DNA of 64,000 nucleotides from Macrostomum lignano (taxonomy: Eukaryota), in NCBI GenBank assembly GCA_002269645.1, contig NIVC01001195.1:186001-250000 (forward strand), in the 5' to 3' direction. A model generated the notes under the pieces. It ran no database searches and was not told where the DNA came from. It saw only the letters and a list, made by a program, of their open reading frames with translations. A program made the position numbers and the translations under genes. Of the stretch, positions 1-13,296 are shown in pieces; position 1 is the first letter of the stretch; every line of letters begins with the position of its first letter.

Positions 1-736
1 GCCTTCAGCCCCTAGACGTTGAAGCCCCGCTTGCACCCACCTGTAAATGTTTGAAAAATAAACCGACAAAAACGAGTGAAAATTTATTTTAAAATATTAT
101 TTCATACACAGTTAATGACAAACTATCTGCTCCATAATTAGTTGATTACGCCAGCCAGTGTCAGTACGGCTCGTATATTGAATTTTTAATTGCCTTTTGA
201 AATTTCATTCTGTAATTAGCAAACAGAGGTTGTAAACCTTGCAAAAAATTGGAGCTGAAATAGTCATTACGGTTTATAGAGTAGGAGCAACAAAATAAGT
301 TTGCTGTGAAGACGGAAATATTGAAAGAAAATAAGCTTTTATACTACTTGCGAGTAGGCAAAATATAATTTTAAAAAATATAGGCTGGCGTTGAAAATGC
401 TTGTTAAATTTATAGTACTAATACAAATGCAATACCCATTTTGTATTCATTACACTAAAATGAACACTACTTAAAATCAGGGACAAAGCACCGCTACAAA
501 AACATAAAATTGTTGAATATGAAGTGCGCTAAGATGTACCTACCGGGAATTTCATGCGTTGGCAGCAAGCTACCACGGCAGCGCAGAGAATAAAATGAAA
601 AAGCTAACAAAAATGCTACTGATACAAATATATATTAGGCTTCTTTCACAGATTAGGGCGGACCGCCCAATATAACAGGGCTATTTAGCCAGGCTATAAA
701 ACAGAACTTTTCACTTATCAGCGAAGAGACAGATGG

Positions 737-968
737 AACGGCCTGAGCTGCCCTCTGATTGGCTAAGGGAGAGAGAGCGGCCTGAGCTGCCCTCTGATTG
801 ACTAGGGGAGAGAGAGCGGCCTGAGCTGCCCTGTGATTGGCTAGGGGAGAGAGAGCGGCCTGAGCTGCCCTGTGATTGGCTAGGGGAGAGAGAACGGCCT
901 GAGCTGCCTTCTGATTCGCTAGGGGGGGGGGAGAGAGCGGCCTGAGCTGCCCTCTGATTGGCCAGGGA
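737..968. repeat. 39-bp tandem repeat, ~6 copies, each carrying a CCAAT-like box (AGCCAATCAG on - strand)
   Basis: Unit GCGGCCTGAGCTGCCCTCTGATTGGCTAGGGGAGAGAGA recurs at 740, 779, 818, 857, 896 and ~939. Confidence 0.95.
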
Positions 969-1088
969 GAAATAACAGCGTGGGAAATCTCTGAATGGCT
1001 GGAAAACATCTCAAAACCAGAGTATTTTGTCAAAGTTCTACAAGACAAATAAATAAGCACAGAATCAGTTTAATACGGTAGCAGCGAA

Positions 1089-3542
1089 CTACAATAGCCT
1101 CAAACGCTTTCTTGGAGGCGAGCCACCCGCGCTGGGAGAATCCAGACATCGATGCCTGGTTTTAGAAGGCGGCTGCTGCTGCTGACCCGCTGATTCAATA
1201 GCGCTGAAGATAATGGGGATAGTTGACAAATAATGTGAAGGCTGAGGCTGCGTTCTCCACTCCCCCTCAAACCGATCCCCCCAACACTCTGATCCCCACT
1301 CTCTCTCATTCCGATTATCACCCCTCACATCATGATCAGTAACTCCCAACATTCTGATCCCTACTCCCAACATTCTGATACCTACTCCCAACATTCTGAT
1401 ACCTACTCCCAACATTCTGATACCTACTCCCAACATTCTGATCCCTACTCCCAACATTCTGCTCCCCACTCCCTACATTCTGCTCCCCACTCCCAACATT
1501 CTGCTCCCCACTCCCAACATTCTGATATCTACTCCCAACATTCTGATCCCTACTCCCCACATTCTGATACCTACTCCCAACATTCTGATCCCTACTCCCA
1601 ACATTCTGATCCCTACTCCCAACATTCTGCTCCCCACTCCCTACATTCTGCTCCCCACTCCCAACATTCTGCTCCCCACTCCCAACATTCTGCTCCCCAC
1701 TCCCAACATTCTGATATATACTCCCAACATTCTGATCCCTACTCCCAACATTCTGATACCTACTCCCAACATTCTGATACCTACTCCCAACATTCTGATC
1801 CCTACTCCCAACATTCTGATCCCTACTCCCCACATTCTGATACCTACTCCCAACATTCTGATCCCTACTCCCAACATTCTGATACCTACTCCCAACATTC
1901 TGATCCCCACTCCCAACATTCTGCTCCCCACTCCCAACATTCTGATCCTCACTCCCAACATTCTGCTCCCCACTCCCAACATTCTGCTCCCCTCTCCCAA
2001 CATTCTGCTCACCACTCCCAACATTCTGATCCCCACTCCCCCGCAGTCTCACAAGAAATGGAAATACCCGAGCCTATCTGACCTGCAACACTAAGAAAAG
2101 CAATTTATGATTTCTTACCGAACGGATCCGGAGCCATCTTGCCCCTGTCCCCCGCCGTCTCCCTCTCTGCTCAAACAGCTGAGCTCGACTCGGCCGCTCA
2201 GCCGATACCCGCCGGAGATCACAATCGGCAGATTGACAGACAGCCGCTTCCTGAGCATCGGCGGTGCCGCGCTGTCACTGTCGTCGCCGCGGCCCGCTGC
2301 CGCTTGCTGGGGTCCGGCTGTGCTGGACGAAGGCAGGACGCTGCGGTTCCTGCTTAATGGGGGTGGCGGTTGATGTCGAATGCTGCACTCAGAGCCTTCG
2401 TGGAGTGCTTTGAGTCTTTTCGGGCACTTCAGTCAGAACCGCAGCTGCTTAGAACATTCAGAGCGTGCCGCTACCCTCAGATCCTTCAGGTAAAGTGCCA
2501 CTACCCTCAGATCTTTCAGGTAGAGTGCCGCTACCCTGGGATCCTTCAGGTAGAGTGCCGCTACCCTGGGATCCTTCAGGTAGAGTGCCGCTACCCTGGG
2601 ATCCTTCAGGTAGAGTGCCGCTACCCTCAGATCCTTCAGGTAGAGTGCCGCTACCCTCAGATCTTTCAGGTAGAGTGCCGCTACCCTGGGATCCTTCAGG
2701 TAGAGTGCCGCTACCCTGGGATCCTTCAGGTAGAGTGCCGCTACCCTGGGATCCTTCAGGTAGAGTGCCAATACCCTCAGGTCCTTCAGGTAGAGTGCCA
2801 CTACCCTCAGATCTTTCAGGTCGAGTCAGATCGAGTCAGTTCTCCAGTCAGTTCACAGAACTCCCCTCAACAAAACCAAGCAGACGGGCAAGAGACCGGC
2901 CACCCACCAACTCAATGAAGGCGCGTCATTTCTGACAGCGGACACAGGCGTGGCCGCGGCAGTCCGCAGCTGAATGGTAGCTCGCATTGACAGCAGTGGA
3001 GTCGGCGGCAGCACGATGGGCATGCGGATGCCGCGCACCAGAGTCTGGCCAGGCAGTGGGGGCTCCTCAGCCGTGTCGGGCAAAGTCGGAGGCGAAGCCG
3101 TTGCGAGCTTCGGCAGCTGCACTGTGGAGCAGCAGGCCGCGGTGCCGGAACCTGCCGAGCAGTCAGCAGCAGCTGCAGCATCTGCAGTAGTGAATTCCCG
3201 CACAACCGTGTCAAAGATGGCGGACAGGTTGTCGGCCATGGAGGCTGGCTGGCGCCGCCTTGGCTTCTTCTTCTTGCCTTGCCTGGCCGTCTTGTCCTGC
3301 CGCTGCAGCAGCCGCTCCATCTTGGCCACCCGGGAGTGCACCAGAGTCTCGGCCTTCTGCACCAGCTCGGCAAACGCTGAGCCAGCCGCTGCGGCAGACT
3401 CAGGCCCGTCGGCCGATACCAGATAGTCCTCCTTCTCCAGGTTCAACACCAGGTTGAGCTCCGCCTCGCTGGCGGATGACACCATCGCCTCCAGGTGGCT
3501 GAGAACCTCCATGTAGTGCGGCATGCTGGAACAGGGCCGCAT
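1089..3542 (-). CDS. Hypothetical spliced orphan protein (Ala/Pro/Gln-rich, basic NLS-like segments)
   Basis: ATG at 3542 in ACCACCATG context opens a GC-rich ORF. An internal exon ends at 2119 (CG|GTAAGA, phase 2) and joins the terminal exon 1203-1089 (TTCAG|C, phase 2), ending PPRKRLRLL*. The junction between the first ORF and the middle exon is unresolved. No family recognised. Confidence 0.45.
1338..2042. repeat. 21-bp intronic minisatellite (TACTCCCAACATTCTGATCCC), ~33 copies
   Basis: Directly visible. It fills intron 1204-2118 of the - strand gene and generates the SQHSDPY/QNVGSRD ORFs. Confidence 0.97.
2465..2822. repeat. 30-bp minisatellite (GTAGAGTGCCGCTACCCTGGGATCCTTCAG), ~12 copies
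   Basis: Directly visible 30-bp periodicity. Confidence 0.97.
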
Positions 3543-4597
3543 GGTGGTGCGAGAAAGTTTTAAGTCTCAATGGGGAATTGCTTTGATGTCAAGGCTCATG
3601 GGGGAATCATTGAATGGTATGGCTATTTTGGGAGGATTGTAGAGATGAAGTTGTATTTACTTTTTATTCCAACATAAGCTATGCTAGGCACACTTGGCAC
3701 ATAATCATAGTGCACAATGGGGTCCCTAATGTACATAGTGCATAACTTTTGTGGTAAGTTTGTCAAAAACATAAATCTTTGTTTATCTATAAATAACTTA
3801 CATTCTCAAATCTTTAAATTATATATTTATTGCATAGTTTTTGTATATATTAGGGCACAGAAATAATGGATAGAAGATGCATACAGTAGATTGTCTGACC
3901 AAAAAATTAATCTTGCATATACTATGTTACTTTCTTATATTTATATCCCCTATTGGAATAAGTCTTCATTTTGCAGATTATCTTCATTTTACCTAGTTGC
4001 ATATGTAACAACTTTTTTCAGTCTTTTGCACAGGAGTATCCAAGCCACTTATTCCAATAGGGCTATGCAGGAGCAGCCCTTTGAAGTACTCTATGCGGTA
4101 TCTGTGGGTTTTGGTGATTCTATTCCAATAAGATTTATATCTATATAAATATTGAAAATAAAAAAATTGAAAAAGGTTTAGCCCAATTTAAATTTTTTAT
4201 TACTTGATCAATTTTCTAAAGTAAGGTGTTTTTGCTTAATCTAAAAAGCAAGTAAGATTTAGAGGCATCTATTCTTCAATGCCTATGCTTTTAGTTAATA
4301 CCCCAGTTTACTTCTATATATATACGAGTATATACTAAAAATTTTGGTATCTAAATTATAAATTAGAATTAGATACCAAAATTAGAATTTAATAGATTCC
4401 TAATCTAAAACTAAATGCTTTATAATACTTATAACCTACTTTAAAAATTAGTACATGACTAGCAATCTTCGCCCCCCGTTGGGGGACATCTGTATAGAAT
4501 CTCTGTTCTCTACAAGTAACAAGAAAATAGCCAAATAAAGCTTTCACAAAGAAAACAGACAAACTACTCAAATGAAGTGCAATGCAAAAAGAAATCA

Positions 4598-5295
4598 TCC
4601 CAAGACAGCAAGCATCACCCAAATAGCAAGCATCCCCAGATAGCAAGCATCCCCCAGATAGCAAGCATCACCCAAATAGCAAGCATCCCCAAAAAGCAAG
4701 CATCCCCCAGATAGAAAGCATCCCCCAGATAGCAAGCATCCCCAGATAGCAAGCATTACCCAAATAGCAAGCATCCCCAAAAAGCAAGCATCCCCCGGAT
4801 AGCAAGCATTACCCAAATAGCAAGCATCCCCAAATAGCAGGCATCCCCCAGATAGCAAGCATCCTCCAGATAGCAAGAATCCCCCAGATAGCAAGCATCC
4901 CCCGGATAGCAAGCATCCCCAGATAGCAAGCATCACCCAGATAGCAAGCATCCCCAGATAGCAAGCATCCCCCAGATAGCAAGCATTACCCAAATAGCAA
5001 GCATCCCCAAATAGCAGGCATCCCCCAGATAGCAAGCATTACCCAAATAGCAAGCATCCCCAGATAGCAAGCATCCCCCAGATAGCAAGCATCACCCAAA
5101 TAGCAAGCATCCCCAGATAGCAAACATCCTCCAGATAGCAAGAATCCCCCAGATAGCAAGCATCACCCAAATGGCAAGCATCCTCAGATAGCAAGCATCC
5201 CCCAGATAGCAAGCATCCCCCAGATAGCAAGCATCCCCAAGATACAAGCTAGCAAGCATCCCCCAGATAGATAGCATCCCCAAATAGCTAGCATC
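4598..5295. repeat. ~20-bp minisatellite (GATAGCAAGCATCCCCCA-type)
   Basis: Directly visible, degenerate copies. Confidence 0.95.
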
Positions 5296-5379
5296 CACCA
5301 GAAAATAAGTAGCTAGTGCGACAATTTCCTTAGCATTATAGTGGCTCCTTTAAAATTCGCTCACTTTTACGTTTGAAAT

Positions 5380-7960
5380 TGTGTATCTTTTATGTTTGAA
5401 ATGAAGTCACTTATATGTTTGACATGGTGAATCTCTTAAATGTTTAACAGGGTGGCTCTTTAATTTTCAACATGGTGGCTCTTTTATGTTCGATATAGTG
5501 TCTCCTTTATGCTTGACATGGTGGCTCCTTAATGATTGACATAGTGGCTCTTTAATGTTTGACATGGTGGCTATTTAATGTTTGACATAGTGGCTCTTTA
5601 ATATTCAACAAAGTGGCTCTTTACTGTTTGACATGGTGGCTCTTTTATGTTTGAAATGAAGTCACTTATATTTTTGACATGGTGAATCTTTTAAATGTTT
5701 TACAGGTTGGCTCTCTAATTTTCAACATGGTGGCTCTTTTATGTTCGACATAGTGGCTCCTTTATGTTTGACATGGTGGCTCTTTTATATTAGACATGGT
5801 GACTCTTTTATGTTCAACATGGTGGCTCTTTTATGTTTGAAATAAAGTCTCTTATATGTTTGACATGGTGGCTCTTTAATGTTCGACACGATGGCACTTT
5901 AATGTTTGATATGGTGGCTCTTTAATGTTTGACATGGTAGCTCTTTAATGTTCAACATGGTGGCTCTTTAATGTTCTACATGGTGGCTCTTTAATGTTAG
6001 ACATGGAGTCACATATATGCTTTACATGGTGGTTCTTTTATGTTTGACATGGTGGCTCTTTAATGTTCGACATGGTGGCTCTTTAATGTTCCACATGGTG
6101 GCTGTTCTATGTTTGACATGGTGACTCTTTTATGTTTGACATGGTGGCTCTTTAATGTTCGACATGGTAGCCCGTTATTGTTCGACATGGTGGCTTTTTA
6201 ATGTTGGACATGGAGTCATAAATGTTTGACATGGTGGCTATTTTATGTTTGAAGTGATGGCTCTTAAATTTTTGGCCATGGAGTCACATATATATTTGAC
6301 ATGGAGTCACTTATATGTTTGACATGGTGGTCCTTCTATGTTTGACATGGTGGCTCTTTAATGTTTGATATGGTGGCTCCTTAATGTTAGACATGGTGGC
6401 TCTTCTATGTTTGACATGGTGGCTCTTTAATGTTTGATATGGTGGCTCTTTAATGTTTGACATGGTGGCTCTTTAATGTTTGATATGGTGGCTCTTTAAT
6501 GTTTGACATGGTAGCTCTTTAATGTTCAACATGGTGGCTCTTCTATGTTTGACATGGTGGCTCTTTAATGTTAGACATAGAGTCACATATATGCTTTACA
6601 TGGTGGTTCTTTTATGTTTGACATGGTGGCTCTTTAATGTTCAACATGGTGGCTCTTTAATGTTCCACATGGTGGCTGTTCTATGTTTGACATGGTGACT
6701 CTTTTATGTTTGACATGGTGGCTCTTTAATGTTCGACATGGTGGCCTGTTATTGTTCGACATGGTGGCTTTTTAATGTTGGACATGGAGTCATAAATGTT
6801 CGACATGGTGGCTATTTTATGTTTGAAGTGATGGCTCTTAAATTTTTGGCCATGGAGTCACGTATATATTTGACATGGAGTCACTTATATGTTTGACATG
6901 GTGGTCCTTCTATGTTTGACATGGTGGCTCTTTAATGTTTGATATGGTGGCTCCTTAATGTTAGACATGGTGGCTCTTCTATGTTTGACATGGTGGCTCT
7001 TTAATGTTTGATATGGTGGCTCTTTAATGTTTGACATGGTGGCTCTTTAATGTTTGACATGGTGGCTCTTTAATGTTTGACATAGTGGCTCTTTAATGTT
7101 TGACATGGTGGCTCTTTAATGTTTGACATGGTGGCTCTTCTATGTTTGACATGGTGGCTCTTTAATGTTTGACATGGTGGCTCTTTAATGTTTGGCATGG
7201 TGGCTCTTTTATGTTCAACATAGTGGCTCTTTAATGTTCGACATGGTGGCTCTTTAATGTTCGACATGGTGGCTCTTTAATGTTCGACATGGTGGCTCTT
7301 TATTGTTTGACATGGTGGCTGTTTAATGTTTGACATGGTGGCTCTTTAATGTTTGACATGGTGGCTCTTTTATGTTTGACATGGTGGCTCTTAAATGTTT
7401 GACATGGTGGTTCTTTATTGTTTGACATAGTGGCTCTTTAATGTTTGACATATGGTGTCTCTTTTATGTTTGACATGGTGGCTCTTTAATGTTTGCCATG
7501 GCGGCCCTTTTACGTTTGAAATGTTGTCTCTTTAATGTTTGACATGGTGGCTCTTTAATGTTTGACATGGAGTCACGTATATTTTTGACATAGTGGCTCT
7601 TTAATGTTTGACATGGTGGCTCTTTAATGTTTGATATATGGTGTCTCTTTTATGTTTGACATCGTTGCTCTTTTATGTCTGATATGGTGGCCTTTTTATG
7701 TTTGGCATGGTGGCTCTTAAATGTTCAACATGGTGGCTCTTTAATGTTTGGCATGGTGGCTCTTTTATATTTGGCATGGTGGCTCTTCTATGTTCGACAT
7801 GGTGGCTCTTTAATGTTCGACATGGTGGTTCTTTAATGTTTGACATGGTGGCTCTTTTATGTTCGACATGGTGGCTTTTTTATGTTCGACATGGTGTCTC
7901 TTCTGTGTTCGACATGGTGACACTTTTATGTTTGGCATGGTGGCTCGTTTATATTTGACA
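5380..7960. repeat. ~21-bp minisatellite (TGTTTGACATGGTGGCTCTTTAA-type), ~2.6 kb
   Basis: More than 100 degenerate copies; most homogeneous at ~6.95-7.3 kb. Confidence 0.97.
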
Positions 7961-8020
7961 TTGCGCTTCTTTTATGTTTAGCATTTTGTGTTTTAAAGTG
8001 TTTTAATAAAAAAATTATTT

Positions 8021-8092
8021 TGCACTACTAAGATTCGAACCCAGGTCGCTACATTAACAGTCCAGCCTGTTCGCATCTAGGCTATCTCTTTT
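8021..8092 (-). pseudogene. tRNA-Asn(GTT)-derived pseudogene or SINE-type head
   Basis: The - strand reads TAGCCT AGATGCGAAC AGGC (D stem GCCT/AGGC), anticodon loop CT-GTT-AA, and T arm CTGGG-TTCGAAT-CTTAG. The acceptor stem does not pair. A T-run (possible Pol III terminator) follows at ~8007-8014. Confidence 0.5.
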
Positions 8093-8933
8093 CTCTTTTC
8101 TCTAATGAATTGTGGTCCTTATAATTCAATTCTTATAGCAAGTCAGTTAGAGTAAAAAGTTATGACATAATCAATTTCTCAGTCAGCCAGTATCAGTCTC
8201 AATTCAAGTTAGCAATATTGGCTACGCAATTACAATCAAGTCTTGTGTGCATTTTTTCAACACTGTTTTCATCTTGTTGTGATGCAATCTTTATCACAAT
8301 TGAAATTTAGTCAGTCAGTTTTTCTCTCGCATTTTTACAATGCATTTCAGGTCGAAAGAGCTGCTTGACCTTTGCAAAAAAGCATGTTTTTTGAATATTT
8401 AATCCCTTTAAAATTGAGCAATTTCTTAGCCAAGATGCGTGTACCGTCCCAGGAAAATTTCTGATCAAATGGTGCAAGTTTGAAGAAAATTGGTTAAGCC
8501 GTTTTTTCTGAAATCTATCGCATAGCTACAAACAACTCATTTTTAGGATATAGGATTTACTTAGGTAATGTAACTAATTAGTACATGATTTACTTAGGTA
8601 ATGTAACTAAAATTTTTTCTCTAGGACCATAAAAATAGTTATTTTGCTTTCTACATATGGTGGCTATGAAAATAAGTTTTGCTATTTATACATTACATTA
8701 AGTAAAGACCCTAGGCCCAGATAGTGTCTTCTTATGAGCTAATCCTAAAATAACAATTTAAAAAAACTTTAAAATCTCATTGGAATCCTTGTATATTAGG
8801 CATAAAACTGTTTTAGCATATCAAACTTTTATATAAAGCATATCATTTCTTGCCATCCATTATTGATACAATAAATTAATTGTTAATCAATAGAAAAACA
8901 AAGAAATATATATTTAGTGTTAATTAAATTAAT

Positions 8934-9437
8934 CATAGGCATAGGATATTAGGAATGGGAGAGGACAGTGAGGCCATAGCCTCCCTCCCTTACTTTTTAA
9001 AATGGGGGGCAATAATACTACCTGGCTGCTCTATATTTTAAATGTAAAATGTAGATATTTTGCTTATTTTTTGTTTTTGCTACTTTGCATAAATACATTT
9101 TGCTGCAAGGTGACAAAACATAGTGCCTGCAACGCTAAAATAAGTGCCTGCGGCACTAAAATACATGCCTGCAGCACTAGAATAAGTGCCTACAATGCTA
9201 AAATGAGTGCATGCAGCACTAAAACGAATGCCTATGGAGCTAAAATAAGTGCTGACAAGTGCAGCACTTTATAAAATGAGTGCTGACAAGACAGATTCTG
9301 AAAATAATCAGTACATGATAATGTACATTTTCCATATAAAAAAATCAAACTTGACAGGGGCGTGTGCCCTGTGCACCCCCTTAAATCCGCCACTGAACCT
9401 GCCCCCCCCCACTTTTTGAAATGTTCATATGCCTATG
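8934..9437. mobile_element. MITE-like non-autonomous element (~500 bp)
   Basis: Terminal inverted repeat CATAGGCATA (8934) / TATGCCTATG (9428-9437), with an internal degenerate 20-bp repeat at ~9105-9290 and a nested CAGTGGCGGATTTAAGGGG-type end on the - strand (~9357-9396). No clear TSD. Confidence 0.5.
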
Positions 9438-10166
9438 TATGAAATTAATAGTAGGTCTAAACAATTATCTTAAAACATATTCATTTTAATCATTTGATAT
9501 CTATATTTTAGTGCATTTAAAGAATAAGAGGTTTGAATAGGCCACTATAGACCCTATAATATCAGAAAAAAATTCGGTGCAGTGGTGAAGTGAATGCAAA
9601 AATAATAATAAAAAGGTGCCAATTCTAATAGTATTGTAAGCAACTAGGTCTAGCTAGCCTAGCATACGCCATAGCAAATTGAGAGCGAATAATTTGAACT
9701 GTATTTAACTACATTAATTTGCTTTACAATGAGTACAGGACTACAGATGCTCCCTGTTCCCTGCATCCGTCAAGCAGTGAGAGGGATAGATAACACATCT
9801 TTCGACTTTCGTAGCTCGGAAGTCATGGACTTAACGACGCGCTATACACCGGTCAAAATTTATTTCTTTTACTTTCTGTAAGTACGCGAAATAGCTGGTT
9901 CTAACACTTTTTGGCTATGATGAAAGTCTTTTACTATAAGTTTGCGGTTTAAACTGTTTATTTTACTTAACATTTGTTTTACGTAAAACATGTATAAACG
10001 AGAGGTTTTGACTTAGCAAAATTAAATAATTTCTGCAATACTTTTGGTTGAATGAACGAACGGGCACGAGTCCCATCCCGTAGGTAGAAATATAAAATTG
10101 TCGTGCTGATATCCGACTAGCATATTATCACAATATCGTGCTTATCATATTTTCTTCGAGGTCAGA

Positions 10167-13100
10167 ATGGAAAATAGCACTTGTCTGCTATTTCCCCTTG
10201 AACCACAAAAATGTGTACGTTTTTGATAATTCTTATGATTTGTGTTTATTGTCTTGAATTGAACTCTGATAGTCTGATACTTCCATATTCGTTGAATTAT
10301 TCTTGATCTTTAGGGCTTGATTTTCACCTCGGGTTTCGGGCAGTTGGGAAGCTAGAAACTGGAATTAAATGAGTAGAACATTTAATGCAGTCTTCTAAAT
10401 TAAATAGTAAAAGGAAAATACTTTTTTACTTCTTCGACTTTTTTGGCTATTTTGGACTTAATTTTATCAATTAGCATCAATATTTCATTTTAGACCACGA
10501 TCGTCACTATTAAAAGGGTTAATGCTACATTTTCGATAGCATTCTGGTAAGTGGGTTTTTTCGAGATTGTGACAAAATACCTCATTGAATATTTTTTATT
10601 CAATCATTTCATTCTGTTCCTCCATATACTTTCATTGTACTGTTCAACTATTTTGCAGCATTCTGATGTTATTTATGATATGGCTATTCAAATTCTACAA
10701 GCTTTTTGTATATCGACTCATCACCTACCTAACTATTGCAACTCTGTTTGATTGCATTATTTATCTTTTGGTAAGCAACTTGTTTGGCTGCACTTTACTA
10801 AGCTAAGATTCAATTTCGGCATGATATTAACTGGATTATTTTTGCCCTATTTCAGGGTGAGCCACAGGAAGACAGTGCAACATGCTTGTTTGAAGGCTTC
10901 TGGCTAACTTACTCAGGTCTGGTGCCACTGCTTTGCCATTTCTAAGTACACCATGTTGGCACTAATATATAGAATATATACTAATATATGAAAACAATCT
11001 CAATTCTCTCTGCAGATTGGAATGTTGTTCTGTGGATTGTCTTCATTACCATTTACCTGTTTCTAGTCACTGTGAAGTCTATTAAAACTGATCGATTCGA
11101 ATGGTATGGCATTTTTACACTCAAATTCGTTTATTGCACCAACTGTGCTATCGTAGATAGTCTATACATGCAGTTCATTAGAAATACATAACTGAACCGC
11201 TTAGCTTTGAAACAACAGTTTTAACGTCATATACAATTAACTGCATATTTCATTAGTACGGGTATCCACTGACTGCACAGTATACTTGCATTTAGACATG
11301 ATCATAGTGCTTCACACTTTTGGTGGTCTCGTATGAATACTGAGTCACTACCCAATGTCATGTTCAACTGCACAGCACGTTTAAACATGGCAACGTGCTA
11401 AAAGCTTTAAGTTGCACACTGCGTCGTTTTTGCATTAATCGCATGTCCTGCTGCATTTAGCCCCAACACTGCTCCTGACTTCCAATCGTTTTTCAAAAGT
11501 TAGCAAAAAATTATTTCGATTACAAACTACTTTTCGAATAGTATGTTTAAAATATTCATTAAAACAGCTGGGCGAACAACTCTGAATCAAACTGGTTAAA
11601 ACGGAGGGTCTGATGACTCTGTAACACCATTTTGCATCCTGAGTTCTGTTAACACTGTCGCAGGGTTTACGTCGTCACGGGTTTCCTGCTGCCGGTTCTG
11701 CCCGCCTCGCTGCCCTTCGCCGGGTCGGCCTACGGGCCCGCCGGCGCCTGGTGCTGGATCACCGACACCGCCTGGCGAATGGCCGTGTGGTTCGTGCCCG
11801 TGCTGCTGCTGCTGCTGGCCATCCTGACCGTGTACATCATCATCTTGACTCGGATTCGTCGACGTACCACCACTTGGTCTGGGATGTACGGCGAGGAGTC
11901 CGCGGCGGCGGTTGCTACAGCCGCTGTTCAGCTGCAGGAGCAGCTGTACCCCCTGCTGGCCTATCCGTGCATCTTCCTGGCGCTCAACCTGCTGCCCTTT
12001 GTCAACAGGATCAACAATGCGGCCTCCGCTGAGCCGAGCTTCGTTCTGTACCTGCTGAGTGCGGTCAGCTCTCCGCTTATTGGTGCGTTTGGAGGCTGCT
12101 TGACTGAGCTGTGCTTCAGGTGGAATCTGCCAGGTGTTTGAGGTGTCCTGTATGCTTGACTGAGCTGTGCTTCAGGTGGAATCTGCCAGGTGTTTGAGGT
12201 GTCCTGCGTGCTTGACTGAGCTGTGCTTCAGGTGGAATCTGCCAGGTGTTTGAGGTGTCCTGCGTGTTTGACTGAGCTGTGCTTCAGGTGGAATCTGCCA
12301 GGTGTTTGAGGTGTCCTGCGTGCTTGACTGAGCTGTGCTTCAGGTGGAATCTGCCAGGTGTTTGAGGTGTCCTGCGTGTTTGACTGAGCTGTGCTTCAGG
12401 TGGAATCTGCCAGGTGTTTGATATGTCCTGCGTGTTTGACTGAGCTGTGCTTCAGGTGGAATCTGCCAGGTGTTTGATATGTCCTGCGTGCTTGACTGAG
12501 CTGTGCTTCAGGTGGAATCTGCCAGGTGTTTGAGGTGTCCTGTGTGCTTGACTGAGCTGTGCTTCAAGTGGAATCTGCCAGGTGTTTGAGGTGTCCTGCG
12601 TGCTTGACTGAGCTGTGCTTCAGGTGGAATCTGCCAGGTGTTTGAGGTGTCCTGCGTGTTTGACTGAGCTGTGCTTCAGGTGGAATCTGCCAGGTGTTTG
12701 AGGTGTCCTCCGTACTGTTTTTGCTGTACTGCGGTTTGAGTTCGTAGTAGTATACTCGAAGTGTACCTGTGGATTTATAAGTACAACTAATTTTCTCAAC
12801 TTCGGCAGGCACCATCAATTTTATTTTGTTCTACGTGAATCCGGCAGTAAGAAAGAAGGTCACCCGGTTGGCTATTTTGGTGAGCTTCGCCTTGCAAATT
12901 TTACTAATGTTAGTAGCAATCAGGAAATAAAAGTACTAAGTAATTCGTCTTGCATCTGCAGCAGCGGCTTCGCACTGGCGGCCGTCAGACGGAGAGCGTC
13001 GTTCAAGAATACAACGCAGACGGCGACGGTGGCCAGGGCGGCGGGATGATGGACATCGCCACCTCGACGCTGACCTTCTCCAGGTTTCAAAACGAAGCCG

Positions 13101-13210
13101 TGGACGACCAGTCGCAGCTGCAGCAGCCGCCGCTGCAGCACCGGCTGGCCGAGGGCGAGGAGCAGCGGGCGAGTTCCGTCGGCTTGCGGCCGGCCACGGA
13201 CCGCTACTGA
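10167..13210 (+). CDS. cAMP-receptor-like / GPR157-family 7TM GPCR, 8 exons
   Basis: Exons 10167-10214, 10494-10546, 10659-10770, 10856-10916, 11016-11103, 11664-12082, 12809-12879, 12962-13210 are all GT-AG with matching phases. Motifs: IWLFKFYKLFVYRLITYLTIA (TM1-2), CLFEGFWLTYS (TM3), YGPAGAWCWI (ECL2, typical of the family), LLAYPCIFL (TM6), GTINFILFY (TM7). Confidence 0.88.
12095..12710. repeat. 56-bp intronic minisatellite, ~11 copies
   Basis: GACTGAGCTG recurs at 12102, 12158 and onward. It starts ~15 nt after the donor at 12083, and each unit holds three AG|GT strings. Confidence 0.97.
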
Positions 13211-13296
13211 CCGACTGCCGCTCGTGATCGGCTTGGCTCGCCGTGCCGTGATGGATTTGAAGGATTCATCTGCAATCAATGTGCTGCCTGATTATC

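Noticed and set aside
1332-2081. 249-aa SQHSDPY repeat ORF and similar repeat ORFs at 32-33 kb, 34 kb, 41.7-42.8 kb and 48.4-49.1 kb
   Set aside because: All lie in introns defined by phase-matched GT-AG sites of conserved genes, and are open on both strands because of their periodicity.
8420-8545. Helitron-like non-autonomous terminus
   Set aside because: Only a vague resemblance; no clear terminal hairpin plus CTRR end identified.
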